Source: a bacterium (GTDB lineage: Bacteria > SAR324 > JACQKK01). Taken from it: a stretch of 64,000 nucleotides of DNA. Numbering within the stretch: position 1 is the first letter of the stretch; each line of letters opens with the position of its first letter. The stretch covers positions 864,001 to 928,000 of the forward strand of contig OZ251219.1 of assembly GCA_965240465.1 (NCBI GenBank), read 5' to 3'. Below, piece by piece: positions 28,701 through 38,686 of this stretch. A model generated the notes under the pieces. The model ran no database searches. It was not told where the DNA came from and worked only from the letters and a program-made list of their open reading frames with translations. The position numbers were made by a program, and so were the translations under genes.

Positions 28701-29700
28701 CTAGCTTATAATCGTTGATGCCATCATTGTCGTCATCATCGTCTTCGGGGTCGTCATCTTTACAGCCGTCGGAATCGTAGTCGGTGGCACTATTGCTGAT
28801 GAAGTTGTGATCATTGCTTCTTCGGCATTGGTCTAGGGTAGTGCCGTCTAGCTTATAATCGTTGAGGCCGTCATTATCGTCATCGTGGTCTTCGGGGTCG
28901 TCATCTTTACAGCCGTCGGAATCGTGGTCGGTGGCACTATTGCTGAGGAAGTTGTGATCATTGCTTTTTTGGCATTGGTCTAGGGCGGTGTCGTCTGGAT
29001 TATAATCGTTGATACCATCATTGTCGTCGTCGGTGTCTTCGGGGTCATCATCTTGGCAGCCGTCGGAATCGTAGTCGGTGGCGGAGGTGCTAACGAAGTT
29101 TTTATCGTTGCTTTTTTGGCATTGGTCTAGGTCAGTGTCGTCTGGATTATAATCGTTGATGGCATCATTATCGTCATCGGTATCTTCGCCTGAGTCTTGG
29201 CAGCCGTCGGAATCGTAGTCGGTGGCGGGGGTGCTGATGAAGTTTTCATCATCGCTTTTTTGGCATTGGTCTAGGATTTCTTTTCTTCTATCAATATCAT
29301 TGACTCTATCATTGTCGTCATCGGGGTCTTCGTCTGAGTCTTGGCAGCCGTCGCCGTCAAAATCGGTATTAGAGTTGCTATTCCATTCTTTGGATCCGTC
29401 TTCGCATTTATCACGTTCGGTGTTATCTAGATTGGTGCCAAATAAGCCATCATTATCTTTATCTTCACCAGTACCGCCATCTTCATCTTCGGTGAAGTCT
29501 TGGCAGCCATCGGAATCTGCATCAGATATGCTGTTGCTGACAAAGGTTTGATCAGCACTTTTTAGGCATAAATCTGTGCTATCAATGATGTTATCACCAT
29601 CGGCATCAGCGGGCTTGGTACTGCCATCATTAGTATCACTACAGCCAGCTAGGAAAAGGATGAGAATAAAATTGGATAAGAATAGTAGGAACCTTTTCAT
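25726..29700 (-). CDS. GLUG-repeat lipoprotein, paralog 9 (~800-aa TSP3-like stalk)
   Basis: MKRFLL...FLAGC; ~20 DYDSDGCKD..DDDDDNDG repeats; LLCNQPTDFIQCPPTP. Confidence 0.87.
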   Translation of the reverse strand: MKRFLLFLSNFILILFLAGCSDTNDGSTKPADADGDNIIDSTDLCLKSADQTFVSNSISDADSDGCQDFTEDEDGGTGEDKDNDGLFGTNLDNTERDKCEDGSKEWNSNSNTDFDGDGCQDSDEDPDDDNDRVNDIDRRKEILDQCQKSDDENFISTPATDYDSDGCQDSGEDTDDDNDAINDYNPDDTDLDQCQKSNDKNFVSTSATDYDSDGCQDDDPEDTDDDNDGINDYNPDDTALDQCQKSNDHNFLSNSATDHDSDGCKDDDPEDHDDDNDGLNDYKLDGTTLDQCRRSNDHNFISNSATDYDSDGCKDDDPEDDDDDNDGINDYKLDGTDLDQCQKSNDHNFLSDNITDYDSDGCKDDDPEDTDDDNDGVLDASDTICPLSPLTEIDYDSDGCRDSEDDDDDNDGINDYNLDDTTLDQCQQSNDHNFLSDNITDYDSDGCKDDDPEDTDDDNDGVLDASDTICPLSPFNEIDYDSDGCRDSEDDDDDNDGINDYNLDDTVLDQCQQSNDHNFLSDNITDYDSDGCKDDDPEDTDDDNDGVLDASDTICPLSPFNEIDYDSDGCRDSEDDDDDDDGINDYKLDGTDLDQCRKSNDHNFLSDSDTDHDSDGCKDDDPEDPDDDNDGVLDINDTLCHFSPLTHPDHDGDGCKDSEDYDDDDDGLLDGNDTICPLSPLIEADYDSDGCKDSEDNDDDDDGVLDINDTICHFSPLTGPDYDSDGCKDSEDNDDDDDGVLDINDTACPESPLTDTDYDGDGCKDSEDDDDDGDHILDINDTICPKSPSGFISTPTTDYDGDGCRDSDEDIDDNNNGLIEISTAAELNNIRYDLDGTHYDDNTGNKYNLGCPPSGCNGYELVNNIILTTPLGTDTRNWIPIPGNFNAILKGNDNTIRNLTIDNNTQYTGFFTILGSNSTIQNLSFVAGSITSGFHTGTNANASHIGVLAGKSSGDLDDISAELPVSAGTSSYDNLGGLVGSNYGTIEYSSATGSVAGNTDNDNVGGLVGSNYGTIEYSSAIGSVDGDTGSDKAGGLVGSNYGTIENSSAIGSVDGGTDNDNVGGLVGSNYGTIEDGSAIGPVAGGTDNDNVGGLVGDNSTGAFLQNSSATGSTTGGTGDDRVGGLVGDNLGPIKNSWAAHGSATGGDGMDYVGGLIGYTGGDTIQNGYATGSAAGDDDDDVVGGLVGYVASGTVKNTYSIGAVAGGTGSDLIGRLIGSEETAATIASNYYYGDSILDSADDTVLIIGTEKTSNELKELYIGTTAIDFGVGNQWDTLSWEDAGTDKYPSLRSYLTITDIYGVVTQVYGFLLCNQPTDFIQCPPTP

Positions 29701-29872
29701 GATGACTCTACTCCCCTTATTAGAAGGGGAGGGCTGGAGATTAAGAAAGTATGTCTACTTAATATAGTATCAGTAAAAAGGTTCTCAGGTCAAATTTAAG
29801 GAGAATCTCCCCTTGGTCCCTCCCCTTACACTCCCTCTATCCCCCTACTCCTCCTAGTCCTCCCCTTAAAAT

Positions 29873-29907
29873 AAAGAAAAAAAGGGAGTGAGTTAATACT
29901 CACTCCC
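29873..29907 (-). terminator. Intrinsic terminator of paralog 10
   Basis: GGGAGTGAGTTAATACTCACTCCC hairpin (29884-29907) plus U-tract. Confidence 0.8.
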
Positions 29908-29985
29908 AGAAGGATTCGGTTGCCTTTTTCAAGCAGTCTGCCGAAGGTATAGCCTAGGGTGCAATTGGGGGGGGGGGGGTCTAGC

Positions 29986-32121
29986 CTAGGGATTACTGGT
30001 ACACTGAACGAAATCGGTGGGTTGCTTGCAGAGTAACTTGCCTGCGATTTGGGTGATAACGGAGGGGGTGCTGGTATCAGTGGTAGTCTTATAAGACTTG
30101 AGGGTGGGATGGAAGCCAGCTTGGAATTCCCAGTTGAAAGCGTTCCAGCCAGCTAGATTTCCGTCAGTACATGATGATGCAGTGTCATTCCAAGTTCCCC
30201 CAGCTGCTTCGCAAGCAGCCAGATTATTGGGGAGATCCAGATTGATGGCTTTCAGCTGAGATTTGGTTCTGCCTTTAGCTTCATTAGTACCTGTAAGTTC
30301 TTCTATGGTCTCACCATTATTCAACTGGCTCTCACTATTGTAATAGTTGCTGGCAATTGTAAGTGCCCCAGTCCCAGTACCTTTTTTACCCAGCAAGCGT
30401 CCCACTTCATCGGTTCCCTCGCCCCCATTCACATCGCCTAAGGAATAACTGGTACCGAGGGTGACAGAAGCATACTCATTATCAGCATATCCCATCAAGC
30501 CGCCTACATTGTCATCATCAGCACCGCCATTAGCGGTGCCAGTGGCATAGCTATTTCCGACGGTGCCATTATAACCCACCAAGCCGCCTACATTGTCATC
30601 ACCAGCACCGCCATTAGCAGTGCCAGTGGCGTAGCTATTTTGAATGGTGCCACTATCACCAACAGAACCCACCAAGCCGCCTACATAGTCATTACCAGCA
30701 CCGCCATTAGCAGTGCCAGTGGCGTAGCTATTTTGAATGGTGCCACCATAATTTTCACCTACCAAACCACCTACATAATCACCATTACCATTACCGACAC
30801 TCACATTGCCAGTGGCAGAGCTGTTCTGGATCGTGCCAGCCTCATTAACACCCACCAAGCCACCTACATAGTTATTGGAACCTGAGCCAGCAACAACCGA
30901 GATCCCCGTAGAAACACCCGATATTGTTCCATTATTTCTGCCTACCAGAACCCCTATCCTGCTGGGGGTAGAGGCAATGCTCCTGCGCGTACTGGTAACC
31001 GAACCTTCTACAAAGGACAAGTTTTGGACTGTCCCATCCAATACCGCAAAAAATCCCATATTTGGGGTATCACTAACTATGATAAGGTTACTGATGGTAT
31101 TGTCATTGCCTTCTAAGGTAGCGGTAAAAGGATCTGCGTTGCTACCAACGGGATCCCAGTTTTTAGTGTCAGAGCCAGTTAGATCTGCTAGTCTGATGTC
31201 CTGAGCTAGTTCATAGCCCCTGCAATCCGTGCTGGGACAGCCCGCATTAGATGAATTACTGCCATCATTATAGTGAGTGCCTGCCAAATTACGGCGGATG
31301 TTGTTTAGCTCCTCAGCAGTGGCAATATCTATTAGACCATCGTTGTCGTCATCCACGTCAGTGACGTCTAGGATGGTGTCATTATCGTCATCATCGTCCT
31401 CGTCTGAGTCTCGGCAGCCGTCGCCATCAAAGTCGTTGATGTTATCGCCAGTGCTAATGCTGGTGAATAACTTGCCTTTGGGGCATCCGTCATCTTTGGT
31501 AGCGTCGCCGCCTGGATCAACATCGGGGACCCCATCATTGTCGTCATCTTTGTCTTCTCCATTAGGGTCGTCATCTTTGCAACCGTCGCCATCATAGTCG
31601 TTGATGTTATCGCCAGTGCTCATGCTGGTGAATAAACTGCCTTGGGGGCATTTGTCATCTTTGGTAGCGTCGCCGCCTGTATCAACATCGGGGACCCCAT
31701 CATTGTCGTCATCGGTATCCTCGCCAGCATCCCGACAACCATCGGAATCGTAGTCGGTGATAGTTACAGCAGGGTCAGTGCTAGTGCTTATGCTCGTCCA
31801 GCCTTTGTCGCCGTCTTCACACTTATCACGCTCAGTTCTAGTAGCGGGGTCGTCGCCATAAATACCATCATTATCTTCATCACTGCCATCACCACCATCT
31901 TGGTCTTCGGTACTGTCCTCGCAACCGTCCTTGTCGTCGTCGGTGGTGCTGCTGCTGATGAAGTTCTCCTCAAGGCTATTTTTGCACAGATCCTTGCTGT
32001 CGGGGACGCCATCGGAATCGGTATCAGTAGTGCCAATAGCTCCACCCCCGCCCTCGCTCCCCCCGCAGCTAGCTAAAAATATAGCGAAAATACAAGCCGA
32101 AAGTAGTGATAATCTTTGCAC
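29986..32121 (-). CDS. GLUG-repeat lipoprotein, paralog 10
   Basis: GTG start (M)QRLSLL...FLASC; Ca repeats; GLUG; LLCKQPTDFVQCTSNP. Confidence 0.87.
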   Translation of the reverse strand: MQRLSLLSACIFAIFLASCGGSEGGGGAIGTTDTDSDGVPDSKDLCKNSLEENFISSSTTDDDKDGCEDSTEDQDGGDGSDEDNDGIYGDDPATRTERDKCEDGDKGWTSISTSTDPAVTITDYDSDGCRDAGEDTDDDNDGVPDVDTGGDATKDDKCPQGSLFTSMSTGDNINDYDGDGCKDDDPNGEDKDDDNDGVPDVDPGGDATKDDGCPKGKLFTSISTGDNINDFDGDGCRDSDEDDDDDNDTILDVTDVDDDNDGLIDIATAEELNNIRRNLAGTHYNDGSNSSNAGCPSTDCRGYELAQDIRLADLTGSDTKNWDPVGSNADPFTATLEGNDNTISNLIIVSDTPNMGFFAVLDGTVQNLSFVEGSVTSTRRSIASTPSRIGVLVGRNNGTISGVSTGISVVAGSGSNNYVGGLVGVNEAGTIQNSSATGNVSVGNGNGDYVGGLVGENYGGTIQNSYATGTANGGAGNDYVGGLVGSVGDSGTIQNSYATGTANGGAGDDNVGGLVGYNGTVGNSYATGTANGGADDDNVGGLMGYADNEYASVTLGTSYSLGDVNGGEGTDEVGRLLGKKGTGTGALTIASNYYNSESQLNNGETIEELTGTNEAKGRTKSQLKAINLDLPNNLAACEAAGGTWNDTASSCTDGNLAGWNAFNWEFQAGFHPTLKSYKTTTDTSTPSVITQIAGKLLCKQPTDFVQCTSNP

Positions 32122-32204
32122 GGAAAGCCTATGTCAGAATTCCTGAAAGTGCCAGTCCTAGGATAGCACCCGAGGAGGCAAGAAGTCAAGATGTAGGGAA
32201 TATC

Positions 32205-33965
32205 CTAAGGCGTAGGAGTACACTGAACGAAATCGGTGGGCTGCCCGCAGAGTAACTTGCCTGCGATTTGGGTGATCACGGGGGGGGTGCTGGTATCAGT
32301 GGTAGTCTCATAAGACTTGAGGCTGGGGTATTGGGTGTTTGTGCCAAAATTCCAGTCGTTGGTACTCCAGCCGTTATTGTCGCCTGTAAAATCAGTTTCG
32401 GTAGTGGGGGCAGTCAATCTTTTTAAGTTATCTCTGGTTTTGGCAACTGCCTCGGGGTCGTTAAGGGTTAATTTGGTCTCACCATTATTCAACTGGCTCT
32501 CACTATTGTAATAGTTGCTGGTAATTGTAATTGCCTTAGTCCCAGTACCTTTTTTGCCAAGCAAGCGTCCCACTCCATCGGCTCCATTACCACCATCCAC
32601 ATTGCCTAAGGAATAACTGTTCTGGAGGGTTACAGAAAAATTATCATTACCAGCATATCCCACCAAGCCGCCTACATAGTCATTGCCAGTACCGCCATTA
32701 GCAGAGCCAATGGCATAGCTATCTAGGATTCTGCCCTCAATCTGACCTACCAAACCGCCCACACGGTCATCAGTACCGTTTCCACCGTTGGCAGTGCCAA
32801 TGGCATAGCTATTTGTGATGATGCCAATATTATGACCTGCCAAGCCACCCAAAGTACCATGACCACCCGTACTGGCAGTAACCGATAGACTCTTGGTAGA
32901 AACATCGGATATTGTTCCCATATTAACGCCTACCAGAACCCCCACAGTGCTACTATCGTTTCCATCAGCAGAAACGTAGGTACTAGCAACTGAACCTGAT
33001 ACAAAGGACAGGTTTCGGATTGTGCTACCAGTAGCCAAGAATGTAAAGAAGCCAGTGCGTCGAGAGCTAATGTTAATGGTCAGGTTGTTGATGGTATTGT
33101 CATTGCCTTCTAAGATAGCGGTAAAATTACCCGTAATGGGTTCAAAGTTGGCGGATAGCAAGTCAATATCATTGGCTAATTCATAGCCCTTGCAAGCTGG
33201 ACCTGAACCTGTATCTTCACAGCCCGCATTAGAGCCTTGATCACTGGCACTTTCTTTATAGCGGCTACCCTCCAGCTGGTAGCGGATGTTTTTTAGCTCA
33301 TCAGCAGTGGCAATTTCTATCAGACCGTTGTTGTTGTCATCTACATCTTCTGTGTCTTTACAGCCGTCGTTGTCGGTATCGAGACCGACGGTGCCAATTG
33401 TGCCTCTGGGACAAGCGTCATTAGTATCTACTTTGCCATCATCGTCATCATCGTCATCCGCTGAATTTTTTTCACCATCCTTGTCAAGGTCAATATCTTC
33501 GTCGGTGCCATCTTCACAGCCGTCGCCATCAACGTCGTTGTTAACGCCGTTGACAATAGTACCACTGACGAAACCGGTACTATTTATACATTTGTCGTTG
33601 GCATTGCCATTTGTCACACCGTTGACCCCATCATTATCGCTATCAATGGTGGAGTCGTCGCAGCCGTCGTTATTATCATCGGTATTGAAGCCGTCAAAAG
33701 GGCATTTATCGTTAGCACTGCCGTCTGCACCGACACCGTTGACCCCATCATTATCGCTATCGGTAGTGGAGTCTTCGCAGCCGTCGGTATTATCATCGGT
33801 AGTGAAGCCGTCAAAAGGGCATTGGTCTAGAAGATCTGGGATCCCATCGCCATCGGCATCAATAAGCACGCTACCCCCTCTCCCCTCTCCTGTGATGGGG
33901 CTACCGCCACAGCTAGCTAAGAATAGAGAGAAAATACAGGCTGAAAGGAGGGATAATTCTTTCAT
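32205..33965 (-). CDS. GLUG-repeat lipoprotein, paralog 11
   Basis: MKELSLL...FLASC; short GLUG region; LLCGQPTDFVQCTPTP. Confidence 0.87.
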   Translation of the reverse strand: MKELSLLSACIFSLFLASCGGSPITGEGRGGSVLIDADGDGIPDLLDQCPFDGFTTDDNTDGCEDSTTDSDNDGVNGVGADGSANDKCPFDGFNTDDNNDGCDDSTIDSDNDGVNGVTNGNANDKCINSTGFVSGTIVNGVNNDVDGDGCEDGTDEDIDLDKDGEKNSADDDDDDDGKVDTNDACPRGTIGTVGLDTDNDGCKDTEDVDDNNNGLIEIATADELKNIRYQLEGSRYKESASDQGSNAGCEDTGSGPACKGYELANDIDLLSANFEPITGNFTAILEGNDNTINNLTINISSRRTGFFTFLATGSTIRNLSFVSGSVASTYVSADGNDSSTVGVLVGVNMGTISDVSTKSLSVTASTGGHGTLGGLAGHNIGIITNSYAIGTANGGNGTDDRVGGLVGQIEGRILDSYAIGSANGGTGNDYVGGLVGYAGNDNFSVTLQNSYSLGNVDGGNGADGVGRLLGKKGTGTKAITITSNYYNSESQLNNGETKLTLNDPEAVAKTRDNLKRLTAPTTETDFTGDNNGWSTNDWNFGTNTQYPSLKSYETTTDTSTPPVITQIAGKLLCGQPTDFVQCTPTP

Positions 33966-34020
33966 GGGTAATTCTTGAGTAATTAGAGGCTGTGCTGCCA
34001 GAAAGTGCTACCCCCACGAT

Positions 34021-34117
34021 AGCAACCGTAGCAACCGTAGCAACCGTAGCAACCGCAGCAACCGTAGCAACCGTAGCAACCGCAGCAACCGTAGCAACCG
34101 TAGCAACCGCAGCAACC
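34021..34117. repeat. 9-bp VNTR AGCAACCG(T/C) x ~11
   Basis: Direct inspection; lies upstream of paralog 11. Confidence 0.95.
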
Positions 34118-34170
34118 AAGGGGGCAAGAGTTGCTACAGTTGCTGTAGTCAAAGATGTATTAGGTGTAGC

Positions 34171-37100
34171 CTAAGGCGTAGGACACTGAACGAAATCGGT
34201 GGGCTGCCCGCAGAGTAACTCACCCTCAATTTGGATAGGGTTGCCATCGACGTCAGTACCTTCTGTCTTATAAGACCTCAAGCTGGGGTATTGGCTTGTT
34301 GAACCAAAATTCCAGTCGTTAGTACTCCAGCTTGTATCGGTGGAGGTCAAGGCTTTTAAGTCATCGCTGGTTTTGGCAACCGCTTCGGGGTCTATAAGGG
34401 TTAATACGGTCTCACCATTATTCAACTGGCTCCCACTATTATAATAGCTGTTGGTAATTGCAATTGCATTAGTCCCAATACCTTTTTTGCCCAGCAAGCG
34501 TCCCACTCCATCGTCTCCCTCGCCCCCATCCACATTGCCTAAGGAATAACTGTTTTGGAGGGTTACAGAAGAATTATCATTATTAGCATATCCCACCAAG
34601 CCGCCTACATAGTCATTGCCAGTACCGCCATTAGCAGAGCCAATGGCATAGCTATCTAGGATTCTGCCCTCAAGCTGACCTACCAAGCCGCCCACACGGT
34701 CATCAGTACCGTCTCCACCGTTGGCAGTGCCAATGGCATAGCTATTTGCGATGATGTTGATATTATGACCTGCCAAGCCGCCCACATAGTCATCATCATT
34801 ACCGCCATCGGCAGTGCCAGTGGCATAGCTACTTGTGATAACTCCATAATTAGAACCAACCAAGCCGCCGACAAAATCATACTCTGCACCGCTAGTAGCG
34901 TTGCCAGTGGCATAGCTATCTCGGATGATGCCGCTACTCTCATTAGAACCAACCAAGCCGCCCACATATGCTGTAGAATCACCGCCGATAGCATTACCAG
35001 TGGCATGGCTATTTTGAATGGTGCCTCCATTACTGCCTGCTAAGCCGCCCACATTGTCCTTATTACCACCACTGCCATTGACAGTTACATTATTGGCATA
35101 GCTACCATCGATAGTTCCAGCATTATAACCCACCAAGCCACCCAAAGTACCATAACCACCCGTACTGGCAGTAACCGATAGACTCTTGGTAGAAACATCG
35201 GATATTGTTCCCATATTAACGGCTACCAGAACCCCCACAGTGCTACTATCGTTTTCATCAGCAGAAACGTAGGTACTAGCAACTGAACCTGATACAAAGG
35301 ACAGGTTTCGGATTGTGCTACCAGCAGCCAAGGATGTAAAGAAGCCAGTGCGTCGAGAGTCAATGTTAATGGTCAGGTTGTTGATGGTATTGTCATTGCC
35401 TTCTAAGATAGCGATAAAATCACCCGCAATGGGTACCCAGTTGCCAGTGGCAGTACTAACCAGGTCTGCTAAATCAATGTCCCCGATTAGTTCATAGCCC
35501 TTGCAAGCTGGACCTGAACCTGTATCTTCACAGCCCGCATTAGATGAATTACTGCCATCACCATAGTAAGTGCCATTCAGGCTGTAGCGGATATTGTTTA
35601 GCTCCTCAGCAGTGGCAATTTCTATCAGACCGTTGTTGTTGTCATCCACATCAATGTCGTCGGTTACGCCATCGGCATCGGCATCGGCAGAAGTAACAGG
35701 CGTGGGGGGGGCGACAGGGCCACACTGAACGAAGTCAGCTACGGGTAATTGCCCACAGAGTAACTCACCCTCAATTTGGATAGAGTTGCCATCGACGTCA
35801 GTACCTTCTGTCTTATAAGACCTGAGGCTGGGGTATTGGGTATCTGTGCCAAAATTCCAGTCGAATTCATTCCAGCCGTTATCGTCGCCTGTAAAGTCAC
35901 CTTCGGTGATGTCGGCAGTCAAGGCTTTTAGTTTGGTGCTGGTTCTGCCAAGCCCCTCGGCGGCGGTATAGGCTGATACGCTCTCAGCACCCTCAAGTTG
36001 ACCCTCATTATTATAGTAGTTGCCGGCAAGTGTACCAGAGCTTTTCCCGCCGATCAAGTAGCCAACATAGTCACTACCAACACCACCATCAACATCGCCT
36101 AAGACATAACTATTATTGATGCCTCCAGAAACAAAACCTCCCACCAAGCCACCTACATAGTCATCACCAGCACCGCCAGTAGCATTACCAGCGGCATAGC
36201 TGTCTAGGATGATGTTGTAATTACCACCCACCAAGCCACCTACGAAACTACCGCCAGAACCATCAGTAACATTGCCAGTGGCATAGCTATTTTTGATGAC
36301 GCCAGCATTACCACCCACTAAGCCACCCACACGGTCATTACCAGCATTGCTTTTAGTATTGACAGTAGCAGAGCTGTTTAGGATGGCATTGTAATTACTC
36401 CCTACCAAGCCACCTACGAAACTACTGCCAGAACCATCAGTAACATTGCCAGTGGCAGAGCTACCCTGGATGATGCCAGTATTAGTATTATCACCTACTA
36501 AACCGCCCACGCTGTCATCTCCAGCACCGCTATTAACAGTGCCAGCGGCAGAGCTGCTTTGGATGATGTTGTAATTACGACCCACTAAGCCACCTACAAG
36601 GTCATAATCACCATCGCCGGTAGTAACCGAGATCCCCGTAATAGAAACATCGGATATTGCTCCAAGATTACTAGCGGCTAGAACTCCTACAAAGTTGGGA
36701 CTGTTTTTAGTGCCACCAACATAGTTACTGGTAACTGAACCTGTTGCAAAGGACAAGTTCCGTACCGTGCTACCAGAAGCCAAGAACACAAAGAAGCCCG
36801 CTTTTCTGGTGTTAGCGTCAGTGACGATGACTAGGTTGCTGATGGTTTTATTATTGCCTTCTAAGATAGCGGCAAAACTACCCTCAATGGGTTCAAAGTT
36901 GGCGGATAGCAAGTCAATATCATTGGCTAATTCATAGCCAATGCAACCCACAGGATTAATAGTAGAACAGCCCGCATCAGATGAACTACTGACATCACCA
37001 TAGGAAGTGCCATTCAGGCTGTAGCGGATATTGCCTAGCTCATCAGCAGTGGCAATTTCTATCAGACCGTTGTTGTCGTCATCTTTGTCTTCGCCATCAT

Positions 37101-38439
37101 CTTTGCAACCGTCGCTATCACGGTCATTGGTGGCACTGCTTCTAAAGGCGGTGTCTGTGCTTATTATGCATTTGTCAGAATCGTCGAATACCAGATCACC
37201 ATCGGTATCGGTAGTGGTGTCTTCGCAGCCGTCGGTATTATCATCGGTAGTGAAGCCTGCAAAAGGGCATTTATCGTTAGCACTACCGTCTGCACCGACA
37301 CCGTTGACCCCATCATTATCGCTATCGGTAGTGGAGTCTTCGCAGCCGTCGGTATTATCATCGGTAGTGAAGCCTGCAAAAGGGCATTTATCGTTAGCAC
37401 TACCGTCTGCACCGACACCGTTGATCCCATCATTATCGCTATCGGTAGTGGTGTCTTCGCAGCCGTCGGTATTATCATCGGTAGTGAAGCCGTCAAAAGG
37501 GCATTTATCGTTAGCACTACCGTCTGCACCGACACCGTTGACCCCATCATTATCGCTATCGGTAGTGGAGTCTTCGCAGCCGTCGGTATTATCATCGGTA
37601 GTGAAGCCTGCAAAAGGGCATTTATCGTTAGCACTACCGTCTGCACCGACACCGTTGATCCCATCACCATCGCTATCGGTAGTGGTGTCTTCACAGCCGT
37701 CGTTATTATCATCGGTATTGAAGCCTGCAAAAGGGCATTTATCGTTAGCACTACCGTCTGCACCGATACCGTTGACTCCATCACCATCGGTATCGGTGGT
37801 GGAGTCTTCGCAGCCGTCGTTATTATCATCGGTATTGAAGCCTGCAAAAGGGCATTTATCGTTAGCACTACCGTCTGCACCGACACCGTTGATCCCATCA
37901 TTATCGCTATCGGTAGTGGTGTCTTCGCAGCCGTCGGTATTATCATCGGTAGTGAAGCCTGCAAAAGGGCATTGATCTAGCTTGGTGCCGTCTGCATTAA
38001 GATCGTTGACAGTATCATTGTCGTCATCTTCGTCTTCGCCAGCATCTTCGCAGCCGTCGCCATCGTAGTCGTTGATAGCTGCGGGATCGCCGGTGCTAAC
38101 GCTGACAAAGCCTGAGGTTTCGCTGGTGCGGCATTTGTCTAGCTCGCTGCCGTCTGCATTAAAATCGTTGACCTCGTCATTATCGTCATCAATGTCTTCG
38201 CCGTCATCTTTGCAACCGTCTCCATCGTAGTCGTTTTCGGGGGTACTGACGAATTTCTCATCTTTACTAGGGGAGCATAGGTCTAACACGTTGCCTTTTT
38301 CATCAAAATCAGGGACGTCGTCGCCATCGGTATCAACAAGCTTCACAGTCTTGCTACTGGTACCTCCTCCACTAATGCCACAGCTGGCTAGGAAAAGAGT
38401 GATAACAAAAATGCTTGAGAGTAATGATAATTTTCCCAC
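34171..38439 (-). CDS. GLUG-repeat lipoprotein, paralog 12 (two complete modules fused)
   Basis: GTG (M)GKLSLL...FLASC; 117-bp repeats; internal LLCGQLPVADFVQC followed by a second GLIEI/GYEL/GLUG module ending LLCGQPTDFVQCPTP. Confidence 0.87.
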   Translation of the reverse strand: MGKLSLLSSIFVITLFLASCGISGGGTSSKTVKLVDTDGDDVPDFDEKGNVLDLCSPSKDEKFVSTPENDYDGDGCKDDGEDIDDDNDEVNDFNADGSELDKCRTSETSGFVSVSTGDPAAINDYDGDGCEDAGEDEDDDNDTVNDLNADGTKLDQCPFAGFTTDDNTDGCEDTTTDSDNDGINGVGADGSANDKCPFAGFNTDDNNDGCEDSTTDTDGDGVNGIGADGSANDKCPFAGFNTDDNNDGCEDTTTDSDGDGINGVGADGSANDKCPFAGFTTDDNTDGCEDSTTDSDNDGVNGVGADGSANDKCPFDGFTTDDNTDGCEDTTTDSDNDGINGVGADGSANDKCPFAGFTTDDNTDGCEDSTTDSDNDGVNGVGADGSANDKCPFAGFTTDDNTDGCEDTTTDTDGDLVFDDSDKCIISTDTAFRSSATNDRDSDGCKDDGEDKDDDNNGLIEIATADELGNIRYSLNGTSYGDVSSSSDAGCSTINPVGCIGYELANDIDLLSANFEPIEGSFAAILEGNNKTISNLVIVTDANTRKAGFFVFLASGSTVRNLSFATGSVTSNYVGGTKNSPNFVGVLAASNLGAISDVSITGISVTTGDGDYDLVGGLVGRNYNIIQSSSAAGTVNSGAGDDSVGGLVGDNTNTGIIQGSSATGNVTDGSGSSFVGGLVGSNYNAILNSSATVNTKSNAGNDRVGGLVGGNAGVIKNSYATGNVTDGSGGSFVGGLVGGNYNIILDSYAAGNATGGAGDDYVGGLVGGFVSGGINNSYVLGDVDGGVGSDYVGYLIGGKSSGTLAGNYYNNEGQLEGAESVSAYTAAEGLGRTSTKLKALTADITEGDFTGDDNGWNEFDWNFGTDTQYPSLRSYKTEGTDVDGNSIQIEGELLCGQLPVADFVQCGPVAPPTPVTSADADADGVTDDIDVDDNNNGLIEIATAEELNNIRYSLNGTYYGDGSNSSNAGCEDTGSGPACKGYELIGDIDLADLVSTATGNWVPIAGDFIAILEGNDNTINNLTINIDSRRTGFFTSLAAGSTIRNLSFVSGSVASTYVSADENDSSTVGVLVAVNMGTISDVSTKSLSVTASTGGYGTLGGLVGYNAGTIDGSYANNVTVNGSGGNKDNVGGLAGSNGGTIQNSHATGNAIGGDSTAYVGGLVGSNESSGIIRDSYATGNATSGAEYDFVGGLVGSNYGVITSSYATGTADGGNDDDYVGGLAGHNINIIANSYAIGTANGGDGTDDRVGGLVGQLEGRILDSYAIGSANGGTGNDYVGGLVGYANNDNSSVTLQNSYSLGNVDGGEGDDGVGRLLGKKGIGTNAIAITNSYYNSGSQLNNGETVLTLIDPEAVAKTSDDLKALTSTDTSWSTNDWNFGSTSQYPSLRSYKTEGTDVDGNPIQIEGELLCGQPTDFVQCPTP
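37200..37975 (-). repeat. 117-bp (39-aa) coding tandem repeat x ~6.5 in paralog 12
   Basis: AAAAGGGCAT recurs at 117-bp spacing from 37261 to 37963; unit DKCPFAGFTTDDNTDGCEDSTTDSDNDGVNGVGADGSAN. Confidence 0.92.
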
Positions 38440-38651
38440 TGAGATTTCTCCTATTTGTTAAGTTCAATGATGGAGTAACACAAATCGCCGTAAATCGACA
38501 CACTTTAGGGCATAAAACAACCCCAGCTAGCCAGTGCTACACTATAAATTATCTAATGTCAAGCTTTAATTGTTAACACACTAAAAAAGTCAGCCAGAAC
38601 TTCATTGGCGATAAGTTTATCAAGTGCTTAAAAGAGCAACACGCAGTTCCC

Positions 38652-38686
38652 AAAAAGAAAAAGGGAGTGAGTTAATACTCACTCCC
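38652..38686 (-). terminator. Intrinsic terminator of paralog 13
   Basis: Same hairpin (38663-38686) plus TTTTTCTTTTT. Confidence 0.8.

Noticed and set aside
33913-34174. ORFs encoding ATV repeats
   Set aside because: Artefacts of the stop-free 9-bp VNTR
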